DNA from: a virus | Taxonomy: Duplodnaviria > Caudoviricetes | Direction: 5' to 3' (one strand) | IMG/VR virus record: IMGVR_UViG_2974682767_000001 | Coordinates: 5,898 to 69,897 of that record | Length of the DNA stretch: 64,000 bases | Shown: positions 44,086 to 52,794 of the stretch, in pieces | Layout of the letters: every line of letters begins with the position of its first letter | How positions within the stretch are numbered: position 1 is the first letter of the stretch | Program-made: the position numbers and the translations under genes | The notes under the pieces: model-generated | Seen by the model: only the letters and a program-made list of their open reading frames with translations | What the model was told of the DNA's origin: nothing | Database searches by the model: none

Positions 44086-45951
44086 CTAGACCTTGGCCCA
44101 GTGCGACCCCATGTCCGCCCGGTCGGTGCGCAGGACCGGCGTGCGCCGGGACCACTCCACCAGGAACGGCGGCGGGGTGAGCATGATCTGTTGCACCTCC
44201 TCGGCCACCTCGGTGTCCACCACCACCTCGTCGTGCATGGCGAGCTGGAGGTGGTTGGCCAACCCCTGGCGCTCCATCTCGGTGATGGTGTGGGCCAGCA
44301 CGTCGTAGGCCGACCCCTGGATGGTGTAGTTGACCGACTTGAACACCCCACCCTCGTCCACCGGCAGGATGCGCCCGCCGACGGTGATGGTGCGCCCGTG
44401 CATGTAGGCGACCTCCTGCACGCGGGCCATCCACGCCTCGCACCGCTTCATCGCCTCGAACATCTGCCGCCTGATCTGGGCGGCGGACTCCTCGGTGTGG
44501 CCGATGGTGGCGGCGAGCTTGGCGATGCCGGACCCGTACATCGTGGACAGCAGCACCACCTTGGCGGTGTCGCGGTCGCAGCCACACGACCGCATGATGG
44601 GGCCGTAAAGGTCCTGGCCCGCCTCGTAGGGCGCGAGGAACGCGGTGTCCCCGGCCATGTTCGCCATCGTGACGGGTTCGATCTGGGACCAGTCGATGGA
44701 CGTGAGTCCCTGGCCGTCGTCGCAGATGATGGGGCGCGCCTCGGCCTTGAACTGCTGTAGCTCGGGGGACCCGTAGCTCATCCGGCCCGTCGCCGACGCG
44801 CCGAGGACGGCGACCTGCGGGTGGCACCGCCCGGTGACCGCCGACTGCCGTTCGACTTTCTCCAGGTACCCCATGACTTTCTCGATGGTGGCGAGTTTGC
44901 GCTGCGCACCTGCCAGGCTGTTGACCTCGGCGAGCGCGTCCAGGTCGGCCTTGGTCGCACGTAGCGCGCCCTTGGGGGTGCGCGGCCACGGCTGCGGCAG
45001 CTCGCCCCGAGCGTCGAGATACTTGACCAGCGCCGCGCCCTTGCCGGTGCCGCCCTCCAGGCCGTGGACCGCCAGCTCGGCGATGGCCAGGTTGCGCTCC
45101 ACGTCCACCTCCTCCTGGTACCGGGTGAGGTAATCGCGGTCCACATTGAGGCCGACCGCCGACCGGCGCAGCATGACGCGGTGGACCGTCTCCTGCTCGC
45201 CCAGCTTGGCCTCGGCCTCGCCCCGCGTGCTGGCGGCGGCGACGGTGTTGACGAACGGGTGGTCCAGGGTCCAGGCCACCGCCATCTCGCGCACCACCGG
45301 CTCAAGGCGCAGCGTGGCCACGGTGTCGGCCATCGCCCCGAACCGATAGATGGGCGCGTCGATGTCCATGCCCTCGAACCCGTCGGCGTTCGTCTTGTAC
45401 CCGGCAGCCTTGAACGCGCGCTCCATGCCGCCCTTGCTGTCGGTCCAGCCGAGGAACTTGGTGGCGAGCTGTTCGAGTTTCTTGCCCTGGCCGTATGGCG
45501 GCGGCTCGGGGAGGGCGAACCGCGCGATGACCACCGTGTCGATGATGCGGGCGATGTCGGCATCGGTGAGCAGCGCGGCGTGGTACAGCGGCGGGGTGTC
45601 GAACGCGGCGTTGTGGAACACGATGGCCCGCGCCAGCGACAGCAGCGACCGGGCGGCGTCGTGCTGCGTCTCGTCGCGCGCCGGGTCCAGCAGGATGGCC
45701 TCGGTGCCCGACCCGTCCGGCCAGTCCCACGCGGCGGTGAGGCAGTTGATCTCAAACGACCGCTCCAGGCCGGGCGTCTCGATGTCGGCGGCGATGGTGA
45801 TGGTGCGCCGGTCGGCCCGCTGGAACCGCTCCACGGCCTCCAGCGCCTTGGCCCCGGTGTTGAGGTTGGCCCCCAGCACCGGGTCAAACCAGCGGCGTGA
45901 CGGCACCCGAGGGGCGCGGACGTTGAGGTCGGCGACAGCGTGTCCCGTCAC
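44086..45951 (-). CDS. family A DNA polymerase with 3'-5' exonuclease
   Basis: ADIET, VFHNAAFD, ATGRMS, DWSQIE, K...MYG, IQGSAYD, HDEV. Confidence 0.93.
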   Translation of the reverse strand: MTGHAVADLNVRAPRVPSRRWFDPVLGANLNTGAKALEAVERFQRADRRTITIAADIETPGLERSFEINCLTAAWDWPDGSGTEAILLDPARDETQHDAARSLLSLARAIVFHNAAFDTPPLYHAALLTDADIARIIDTVVIARFALPEPPPYGQGKKLEQLATKFLGWTDSKGGMERAFKAAGYKTNADGFEGMDIDAPIYRFGAMADTVATLRLEPVVREMAVAWTLDHPFVNTVAAASTRGEAEAKLGEQETVHRVMLRRSAVGLNVDRDYLTRYQEEVDVERNLAIAELAVHGLEGGTGKGAALVKYLDARGELPQPWPRTPKGALRATKADLDALAEVNSLAGAQRKLATIEKVMGYLEKVERQSAVTGRCHPQVAVLGASATGRMSYGSPELQQFKAEARPIICDDGQGLTSIDWSQIEPVTMANMAGDTAFLAPYEAGQDLYGPIMRSCGCDRDTAKVVLLSTMYGSGIAKLAATIGHTEESAAQIRRQMFEAMKRCEAWMARVQEVAYMHGRTITVGGRILPVDEGGVFKSVNYTIQGSAYDVLAHTITEMERQGLANHLQLAMHDEVVVDTEVAEEVQQIMLTPPPFLVEWSRRTPVLRTDRADMGSHWAKV

Positions 45952-46691
45952 TGCTCGTTCTCCCACCACACCTGGTCTACCGCGTACATCAGCGCGGCGC
46001 GCGAGACGCCGACCGACTTGAGGGCGCGCAGGCGCTCGGCCAGGTCGCCGAGGCTGGGTTCCTGGTCCTCGCCCTGCGCCAGCAACGCGGTGGGGACGCC
46101 CTCGGCGTTGCCCTCGCGGTCGGCCTCCCACGCCCGATACGCGGCCACGGCGGCGTCGGCCTGCGCCTGGTACTCGGGCGACTCGGGGTCCGGCAGCTCA
46201 ATGCACGTCTTGATGCCGTCGTTGAGCGCGTCGGCCAGCGGGTCGCGGTTCAGCCATTCCAGGTAGCGGTCGGCGTCGATCAGCACCGCCTCGGCGTCCA
46301 CCCAGTCCCGAGAATTGACCGCGTTGCCAGCGGCCACACGGGCGGCGGCGTCGAGTGCCGAGGCGCGGTTGTACGCCCCGCCCCGGTCCAGCGTCTCCAC
46401 CAGGGCGGGCACCTCGTCGCCCACCAGCAGCTCGGTGGACACGTCGCCCCAGCGGATGACGTGCGCCGGGTAGGTGACCCCGGCCTGCTCGATGGTCATG
46501 GGGTCCCAGCCGCCGGGGCTGATCCACACGTCCACGCGCGGGCTGCCGTCGTCGTAGCGGTCCACCTCGCGCCGGACGAACGCCACGGCCTCGCTGGTGG
46601 GGTCCCCGACGATGCGCCGCCAGGTGATGATGGTGCCGTCCGGCACGACGGCCAGGTGGTGCTCGTCCACCAGCACGCGGTCGTGGTTCAT
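45948..46691 (-). CDS. hypothetical protein
   Basis: ATGA overlap; codon bias. Confidence 0.75.
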   Translation of the reverse strand: MNHDRVLVDEHHLAVVPDGTIITWRRIVGDPTSEAVAFVRREVDRYDDGSPRVDVWISPGGWDPMTIEQAGVTYPAHVIRWGDVSTELLVGDEVPALVETLDRGGAYNRASALDAAARVAAGNAVNSRDWVDAEAVLIDADRYLEWLNRDPLADALNDGIKTCIELPDPESPEYQAQADAAVAAYRAWEADREGNAEGVPTALLAQGEDQEPSLGDLAERLRALKSVGVSRAALMYAVDQVWWENEQ

Positions 46692-47167
46692 CGGTGCGCC
46701 CCCGGTGCCGGGTGGCTGCTGGCGACCGCCACGGCCATCTCGTAGGAGGCGAGACGGTCGGCGATGACGCGCGGCAGGCGCACGTCGTAGCTGCTCGTCA
46801 GCTCGGCGTCGGTGGCGTCGGGGTTCATCGACCGGCCCCGCCACTCCTGCTCGCGGGACTCGGCGTGTCGCATCTCGCCGGGCTGCTGGACCTTGCCGGA
46901 CTTGAGGCGGCGCGGGCCGGTGGCCTTGATCTCGTCCAGCTTGCCGTCCACCCACCGGGCGGTGACGAACAGCGGTGCGAACGGCTGCGAACCATAGCGG
47001 TGTACCTGGTCGGGGATGACGCCCTCGGGGGCGGCGAACCGGGCGACGTGGGTGACGCTGATTTCGGTGTCCCCGCTGGCGTTCGTCTCCACGCGGGTGG
47101 TCGTGGTGGAACGCAGGAACGTGATGCGCCCCGCCTCCCCCGCGTCCAGGTCGGTCGTGTCGGTCAT
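46688..47167 (-). CDS. hypothetical protein
   Basis: GGAG RBS with CACAACC element. Confidence 0.75.
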   Translation of the reverse strand: MTDTTDLDAGEAGRITFLRSTTTTRVETNASGDTEISVTHVARFAAPEGVIPDQVHRYGSQPFAPLFVTARWVDGKLDEIKATGPRRLKSGKVQQPGEMRHAESREQEWRGRSMNPDATDAELTSSYDVRLPRVIADRLASYEMAVAVASSHPAPGAHR

Positions 47168-47202
47168 GGTGCTCCAGTTCGTGGTTGTGGTCTGGTGGGT
47201 GT

Positions 47203-47236
47203 GGCCGGTGGGGCTGGGTGCTCAACCCCACCGGCC
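47203..47236 (-). terminator. intercistronic 11-bp hairpin
   Basis: GGCCGGTGGGG...CCCCACCGGCC; no U-tract. Confidence 0.45.
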
Positions 47237-47262
47237 CCGCGCCTGGCAGGCGGCGCGGTTGT

Positions 47263-47661
47263 CTACTTGGCGTCGATGTCGGGGACGATGGTCTGCGGGC
47301 GGAAATAGACCTTGTAGTGGTCCTGGCTCACCGCGATGGGGCTGACCTGCTCCACGAAGTACGAGACGCCCACGTCCAGGCCGAGGAAATGCTTTTTGTC
47401 GCCCTCGGGGGTGCGGCAGGTCACCTCCAGTTGGCCGCGCCCGTCGCCGTCGGCGGCGATGTCGCACCGGCCCTCGATGGCCAGCAGGTACTCGTTGGTG
47501 AACGTGTTGACGAACACGACCCGGCGGGCCACCTCGAAATTACCCGAGGCGCGGCTGATGTTCTCGGACACGGTGTCGGCGGGGGCCGAGCAGCCGACGA
47601 GGCCGAGGGCGGCACCGCCGACGGCGAGCGCGGCGGCGGTGTTGCGGATGGTGCGGTTCAT
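47263..47661 (-). CDS. putative lipoprotein
   Basis: Basic N-terminus, hydrophobic core, LVG-C lipobox. Confidence 0.75.
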   Translation of the reverse strand: MNRTIRNTAAALAVGGAALGLVGCSAPADTVSENISRASGNFEVARRVVFVNTFTNEYLLAIEGRCDIAADGDGRGQLEVTCRTPEGDKKHFLGLDVGVSYFVEQVSPIAVSQDHYKVYFRPQTIVPDIDAK

Positions 47662-47704
47662 GCTGGTGTTCCTCCTGGTTGTGGTGATACGGGTGGTGCG
47701 GGTG

Positions 47705-48016
47705 TTACTTGGCCGACTGCTGCCTGGTCTGCTCGCTGTCGTACAGCGCGAGCGTGGCCACGTCGTTGTAGTGCTCGGTCGGGCGCAGCGTCACCGGCTG
47801 GTCGTGGCGCAGCGTCTCCTCGCGCTCGGCACCGATGCCGTAGGTGACGTGGACATCCACGCTGTTCGCGCTGATCTGGCGCAGCTCGCCGGTGATGACG
47901 GTGGCCGTCTCGCGCAGGCTGTCCCACTGGCGGAACCGGATGATGGTGCCGATGTCCTTGGGGCGCAGGTCCCCGGCCACGATCATCGTGTTGCCGTCCA
48001 GGCCGTCGCGGCTCAT
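47705..48016 (-). CDS. hypothetical protein
   Basis: ATGA overlap. Confidence 0.7.
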   Translation of the reverse strand: MSRDGLDGNTMIVAGDLRPKDIGTIIRFRQWDSLRETATVITGELRQISANSVDVHVTYGIGAEREETLRHDQPVTLRPTEHYNDVATLALYDSEQTRQQSAK

Positions 48017-48573
48017 CGGGCCACGCCCTGACGCCCGCCGAGGCGCTGCGGCAGCCGCATCCCGTGGAGGTTGGCCGTGCAGCGCAGCACGTCGTCGGCG
48101 TGGGTGCCGACACGGTAGACGCCGTTGGCCTTGACCCCATCGACGTGGTTGACGGCGAACACGCGCCGCGAGTCCTCGCCCCAGTGCGGGTGCATCACCT
48201 GCGTGTAGTCGTCCCACATCGCCTGGTACTCGGGCAGCAGCTCGGTGAGCATCCCGAGGTCGGGCGACTTCACCCAGACGTGCTCGGCGGGCTGGTACAC
48301 CCGCGCGCTGCGGGGGTCCCGGTTGAGGTTGGGCGACTCGAACACCTCCACGATGCAGGGGAACCCCGGCGGCAGGACGAACCGCAGGCGGCTGCGCAGG
48401 TGCTCGGCCCGTACCCGGTCCTGCCAGTCGTCGCTCATCGCCAGGGCGCGCAGGTCGGTCACGTCCATGTCGGCCACGATGTCGCCGCGCCAGTACCAGG
48501 CCAGCCCGTCGGTGTCGTAGCGGTGGCTGTCCCCGGCGGTGCCGGGGTCAAACACCAGGCTGTGGTCGCTCAT
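48013..48573 (-). CDS. hypothetical protein
   Basis: ATGA overlap; codon bias. Confidence 0.75.
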   Translation of the reverse strand: MSDHSLVFDPGTAGDSHRYDTDGLAWYWRGDIVADMDVTDLRALAMSDDWQDRVRAEHLRSRLRFVLPPGFPCIVEVFESPNLNRDPRSARVYQPAEHVWVKSPDLGMLTELLPEYQAMWDDYTQVMHPHWGEDSRRVFAVNHVDGVKANGVYRVGTHADDVLRCTANLHGMRLPQRLGGRQGVAR

Positions 48574-48875
48574 CGCAGCACCGCCGGGGCGGTGTTGTCG
48601 ATGACCAGCGCGGACGACTCGCCCGTGCTGAACCACCAGTTGCCGGTGTCGGTGTCCAGCCACATGCCGATCTGGCCGGGCTGGTCCGAGCAGTCCTCCA
48701 CCGCGCACACCGGGATGGCCTCGGGGTGCGGGATGTCGGCGAGGTCGATGGTGGCCGGGCCGGGGTCCGCGCTCGCCTGCGCGGTGATCCATCCCCCGGC
48801 GGGGACGCCGATGGCCAGCCCGAGGGCGAGGCCGGTGCCGAACGCGATGCGCTTGGCGGCTGTGGTTGTGGGCAT
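48570..48875 (-). CDS. secreted/membrane-anchored protein
   Basis: Signal-peptide-like N-terminus ending AQASA-DP. Confidence 0.7.
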   Translation of the reverse strand: MPTTTAAKRIAFGTGLALGLAIGVPAGGWITAQASADPGPATIDLADIPHPEAIPVCAVEDCSDQPGQIGMWLDTDTGNWWFSTGESSALVIDNTAPAVLR

Positions 48876-48950
48876 GTTGCTCCAATCGGTGCCCGGCGGG
48901 TCCATCCCGTCGCGGGTTAGTCATGTATACCCCAGCGCGTGCCGGGCTGT

Positions 48951-49316
48951 CTAGCTGTTCCCCGAAACGGTCGGGTTTGTGCCGTGCCGCCGACCCGTCG
49001 CCGCCCACCGCTGGCCGCGCTGCGCCTGGTACAGCATGGCGATGCGCCGGGCCATGTCGTGCGGCAGCAAACCCATGATGACCCCGAACTCGGTGCGCAT
49101 GTCGTAGCCACCGACGGGGCCGGGGTCGGTGACGCCGGGGCGCACGCGGCTCATCAGTTCCTCCACCATCGCGCAGAACGGGCCGAACTGGTTGGCGTCC
49201 ACGGGACGGCTCACCGCCGCGCCGAGGGCGAACGCGAGCACCGCCGTGGGGGCAGCGGACAGGGGTACGTCGGTCGCGCCGAACCGGGGGCCGGGCGCGG
49301 GCAGGTTGTCGGTCAT
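48951..49316 (-). CDS. hypothetical protein (leaderless)
   Basis: TACTCT 6 nt upstream of ATG 49316. Confidence 0.7.
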   Translation of the reverse strand: MTDNLPAPGPRFGATDVPLSAAPTAVLAFALGAAVSRPVDANQFGPFCAMVEELMSRVRPGVTDPGPVGGYDMRTEFGVIMGLLPHDMARRIAMLYQAQRGQRWAATGRRHGTNPTVSGNS

Positions 49317-49322
49317 CCCCGC

Positions 49323-49350
49323 AGAGTACCCCGAACCCGTCGGGATTGTG
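49323..49350 (-). promoter_or_regulatory. spacer-palindrome promoter family variant
   Basis: CACA ATCCCGACGGGTTCGG GG TACTCT. Confidence 0.55.
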
Positions 49351-49644
49351 GCCTGCGTCGTGCGCGCGGGCGGGCGCGTGCGCGCGTCATCCAACACCAT
49401 CGCCCCATACATTGTCAAATGCGAATATGTGCATGAATCGGGGACCTTGACAAGGTGGTGTAATGTCTGCGCCAGCGACAGACATCACCATCCCCCTCGT
49501 CTGCGGTCAGGACTTGGACGAAAAATCGACCGAGTGAGTGACCCGGCCAGGGTCCAGGGGACCCGGCTGCCCGCCCTTGACGGGCACCCTCCCATTGACG
49601 GGGGCAGCCGTCCGACCACATCGAGACGGTCGTGGGATATGAGG

Positions 49645-49673
49645 TTTACGAACTAACCTCGGGGGCGTAGAGT
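49645..49673 (+). promoter_or_regulatory. sigma-A-like leaderless promoter of rightward operon
   Basis: TTTACG-17-TAGAGT; ATG 7 nt downstream. Confidence 0.65.
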
Positions 49674-49680
49674 TCGCACG

Positions 49681-50439
49681 ATGACCACAACCACGAAACG
49701 CGCAGCCGCCCGAGGCAAGAAAGCCAGCACGCCCGCCGTCGAGATCATGGACGAGACGCTGGAGGAGTTCGCCGCCCAGATGGACGCCCACCTCGGGCGC
49801 ACCACCGGGGTCGCCGAGGCCGTCAAGAACTGGCGCAAACACACCGACGAGGCCAACGCACTGGCGAGCCGGGGGCCGTACCGCCAGGCCATCCACGACA
49901 AGCTGGACGCCTACATCGCCGCCGACTCGGCAGCGGTGGAGGGCCAGCCCCTCGGTCACCGTCGGGTGGGCGGTGGGACGAGGACCGTGCTGCGGTCGGC
50001 GGCGGTGAGCAAGGCGCACCCCGAGCTGTGGGCAGCGGCGCGCCCCGTCATGCGCATCATGGCCGTCAAGCATCACCTGGCCGTGCCCCCGACGCTGCGG
50101 GTGCCCAGGATGCGGACGGCAGCCGAGGCGTGGGCGGCGCTGAAACTGGCCCAGACCAGGGCGACCAAGGCCAAGGCGGCGGCGAACGAGGCGCGCGAGC
50201 TGTTCCTGGCGGCGGTGGACGAGTGCGCCGATGTGTGGGACGGCAGCGCCCGGCTGACCGCCGACGGCTGGACCGTGGGCGTCACCGAGCAGCAGCGGTT
50301 CAGCGAGGCGGTGTGCCGCCAGCTCGCGCAGCAGCGGGGCATTGACCTGTCGGCGGTGGAGGAGGAGACGCACAGCGATGGGCGGCTGGTCTACGCGCTG
50401 GGCGACATCCTGGCGATGGACGAGGACGCAGGTGACTAA
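49681..50439 (+). CDS. hypothetical protein
   Basis: 252 aa, codon bias. Confidence 0.8.
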   Translation: MTTTTKRAAARGKKASTPAVEIMDETLEEFAAQMDAHLGRTTGVAEAVKNWRKHTDEANALASRGPYRQAIHDKLDAYIAADSAAVEGQPLGHRRVGGGTRTVLRSAAVSKAHPELWAAARPVMRIMAVKHHLAVPPTLRVPRMRTAAEAWAALKLAQTRATKAKAAANEARELFLAAVDECADVWDGSARLTADGWTVGVTEQQRFSEAVCRQLAQQRGIDLSAVEEETHSDGRLVYALGDILAMDEDAGD

Positions 50440-50461
50440 CCCGACGATTTCGGGTTAGCAT
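50432..50461 (+). promoter_or_regulatory. promoter with perfect palindrome CTAACCCGA-N5-TCGGGTTAG
   Basis: GTGACT-18-TAGCAT; ATG 7 nt downstream. Confidence 0.65.
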
Positions 50462-50468
50462 GATGACC

Positions 50469-50726
50469 ATGAGTACCCGTAGCCGCACCCGCATCGCCTC
50501 GCCGGGCAAGGTCCTGACCGTGCTGCTGCCCATCAAAATCGCCCCTGACCAGCGGCAACGCTTCAAGGTCAAGGCGGCGCAGCACGGCAAGACATACGCC
50601 GAGATGCTGCAAACGTGGATGGACCAGGACGACGCCCGGCTGGAGCGAGCGCAGCGGGCGCAGGCGCATCCGCTCCACCGACCCAACGAGGCCAAGAGCA
50701 TTTACCCAGGAGGCGGCACCCGATGA
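50469..50726 (+). CDS. ribbon-helix-helix DNA-binding protein
   Basis: VLLPIKIAPDQRQRFKVKAAQHGKTYAEML. Confidence 0.75.
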   Translation: MSTRSRTRIASPGKVLTVLLPIKIAPDQRQRFKVKAAQHGKTYAEMLQTWMDQDDARLERAQRAQAHPLHRPNEAKSIYPGGGTR

Positions 50727-50938
50727 ACCAACCGATGCACCCGCCCCGGCCCGCGCCGCCCGAGGGCACCCCGGTGTGGACCGGCGACCCCGTGCGCTGC
50801 GGCGAGTGCCGAGGCATGGGCCGACCCGTCCACACCCATGACGGCTGGCGGCTGCCGGTCCACGCATGGGGCAAGGGCGGCAAGGTGGCATGTCCCAACA
50901 GCCTGGCGGCAGTACCCGTCACCGGGGTGCCGACATGA
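50723..50938 (+). CDS. small Cys/His protein
   Basis: ATGA overlap; CGEC...H...C. Confidence 0.65.
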   Translation: MNQPMHPPRPAPPEGTPVWTGDPVRCGECRGMGRPVHTHDGWRLPVHAWGKGGKVACPNSLAAVPVTGVPT

Positions 50939-51249
50939 GCGCGACCGAGATGCACGACGACGAGGTGCGCGCCCGGCTCGGCCTGGAACCCCTCGGGCGT
51001 CCGATGACGATGGAGGAACGCATCACCATGCTCAACCTGCGGGCGATGCCGGAACCCCACGACGAGGCCGAGCTGGTCGAGACGGTGGCCGCGCAGCTCA
51101 ACCCCGACGCCGACGCGCCGCAGTGCGGCGAGGCGTTCGACCATGACGAGGATGTCGTGTACGAGGACGCCACGCTGGTCCAGTGGGTGTGTCGGCGCTG
51201 CGGTGCCGAGGGCTGGAGCGACAAGGACCTGGAGGACGACGACCGATGA
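50935..51249 (+). CDS. acidic protein with CxxC motifs
   Basis: ATGA overlap. Confidence 0.7.
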   Translation: MSATEMHDDEVRARLGLEPLGRPMTMEERITMLNLRAMPEPHDEAELVETVAAQLNPDADAPQCGEAFDHDEDVVYEDATLVQWVCRRCGAEGWSDKDLEDDDR

Positions 51250-51410
51250 TCCTGCTGATACTCGCCGCCATGTTCATCGGCGGGCTGGTCCTGCTGGACG
51301 AGGGCGGGCGCAAGTGGACCCCGCAGTCGGTCGTCGGCGGGCTGCTGGTGCTCACCGTCGCGGCCATCGTCGTGGCGGCGGTGTTCGACCTGGCCAAGGT
51401 CTGGACGTGA
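51246..51410 (+). CDS. small 2-TM membrane protein
   Basis: ATGA overlap; hydrophobic. Confidence 0.65.
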   Translation: MILLILAAMFIGGLVLLDEGGRKWTPQSVVGGLLVLTVAAIVVAAVFDLAKVWT

Positions 51411-51643
51411 ACATCACCGAGGCCATGACCCGGCCCGACCGCTGGCAGCCGATGCAGACCGACTCGGGCAACTGGCGGGTGGGCCGCATCGTGGACGCCT
51501 CGGGGTCCATCGAGTGGCACCGGGGTATGCCTCGGTTCGGCCATCGGTACAACCGGGGCGGCATCATCACGCTGCGCCGTCACGACCATGCGATGGCCCG
51601 CGCCGGGGCACTCAACCGGGCCGACGCCGAGGCCAGCCGATGA
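51407..51643 (+). CDS. hypothetical protein
   Basis: GTGA overlap. Confidence 0.65.
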   Translation: MNITEAMTRPDRWQPMQTDSGNWRVGRIVDASGSIEWHRGMPRFGHRYNRGGIITLRRHDHAMARAGALNRADAEASR

Positions 51644-51900
51644 CCGCCGTGGGCACGCTGTGCCCCGAGCTGGGTGCCGACGAGCGCGACGGCACCGTGT
51701 GGGCCGATGTCAACCTGGCCCTGTGGTCGCCCATCCCCGACCAGTGGGGCGGCGGCTGGGTCGTGGTCATGCGCGAACCGTTCAGCATCACCCAGTGCCA
51801 CATGGCGCAGGCAACCCGTGAGTTCGGCCCTTACGTGGCCGTGCTCGAACCACCGAACACCGAGGAGGCGCAGGATGGGGGTGGACTACGTGGCGATTGA
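51640..51900 (+). CDS. hypothetical protein
   Basis: ATGA overlap. Confidence 0.65.
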   Translation: MTAVGTLCPELGADERDGTVWADVNLALWSPIPDQWGGGWVVVMREPFSITQCHMAQATREFGPYVAVLEPPNTEEAQDGGGLRGD

Positions 51901-52093
51901 GCACGACCGTGGCGGCAAACCCGTGGTCCGCGCCCGCCAGGACCGGGCAACGGCGTGCTACTACCCCGGCAGCCACCGGGTGGTGCTCGTCGCCGACAAG
52001 GGCGACATTGACGCGGCGTTCGCCGCGCTCACCGAGCTGCGCGACCACCTGGCCGCGCAGGGACGAGGCGATGGGGGTACCCCGACACCATGA
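51875..52093 (+). CDS. hypothetical protein
   Basis: GAGGAGG RBS. Confidence 0.65.
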   Translation: MGVDYVAIEHDRGGKPVVRARQDRATACYYPGSHRVVLVADKGDIDAAFAALTELRDHLAAQGRGDGGTPTP

Positions 52094-52794
52094 CCACCGC
52101 ACTGGCTGACCCCGCCGACGACGGGGAGGACGACGAGCTGGCCCGCCAGCGCGAGCGCCTGATGATCCGACGCACCACCGTGATGTTCATGCGCAACGCC
52201 GGTAGCACCTGGCCGACCATCGCCGCCGAGGTCGGCGTCAGCGAGGCCACCTGCCGCAAGGACTACGCGGTGGTGTGCCGCGACATCAACGCCGAGCAAC
52301 CGGCCAACATCGTGGCCCGGCACCGCGCGGTCATATTCGACATCCAGCGCGCCAACTATCCGGCCATGATGCGGGGCGACAAGGACGCCGCGCAGACCAT
52401 CCTCAAGGCGCTGGACCGCGAGGCCAAACTGCTCGGCCTGGACGCGCCCACGCGCATCCTGGCCAACGTCTCGGGCGAGGAGTTCGCCAACGAGGCGGCG
52501 CGGCTCATCGCGCGCATCAACGAGCTGGACCCCACAACCATGAAGGGACTGACCCGTGTCCGACCAGAAAACCCCGACATCATCGACGCCGAGGCCGTTG
52601 ACCAACCTGATGGCCTACCGGCTGCGCAAGGCGGCGAGGACGGCAGCCTCGCGGGTGGGGCTGGCCCCGCCGACGACGCCGCCGATGCCAGCGCAGGACA
52701 TGAGGCCGGACGTGCCCGAGGCGTACAAGGACACGCTGGCGACCCCATCGACCCCACCGACCTCGGCGGTTGGTCCAACATCGAGGACGACTGA
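52090..52794 (+). CDS. HTH protein, candidate terminase small subunit
   Basis: TWPTIAAEVGVSEATCRKD HTH; REAKLLGLDAP; acidic tail. Confidence 0.65.
   Translation: MTTALADPADDGEDDELARQRERLMIRRTTVMFMRNAGSTWPTIAAEVGVSEATCRKDYAVVCRDINAEQPANIVARHRAVIFDIQRANYPAMMRGDKDAAQTILKALDREAKLLGLDAPTRILANVSGEEFANEAARLIARINELDPTTMKGLTRVRPENPDIIDAEAVDQPDGLPAAQGGEDGSLAGGAGPADDAADASAGHEAGRARGVQGHAGDPIDPTDLGGWSNIEDD

Noticed and set aside
44021-44090. Three CTAGA words spaced 33 and 32 nt downstream of the polymerase (iteron-like?)
   Set aside because: One is the polymerase stop codon and another may be a -10 box; flanks are not conserved enough to call an origin.
49417-49466. TTGACA hexamers on both strands near the divergence point
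   Set aside because: Neither has a TAnnnT at 16-18 nt spacing, so I did not call them promoters.
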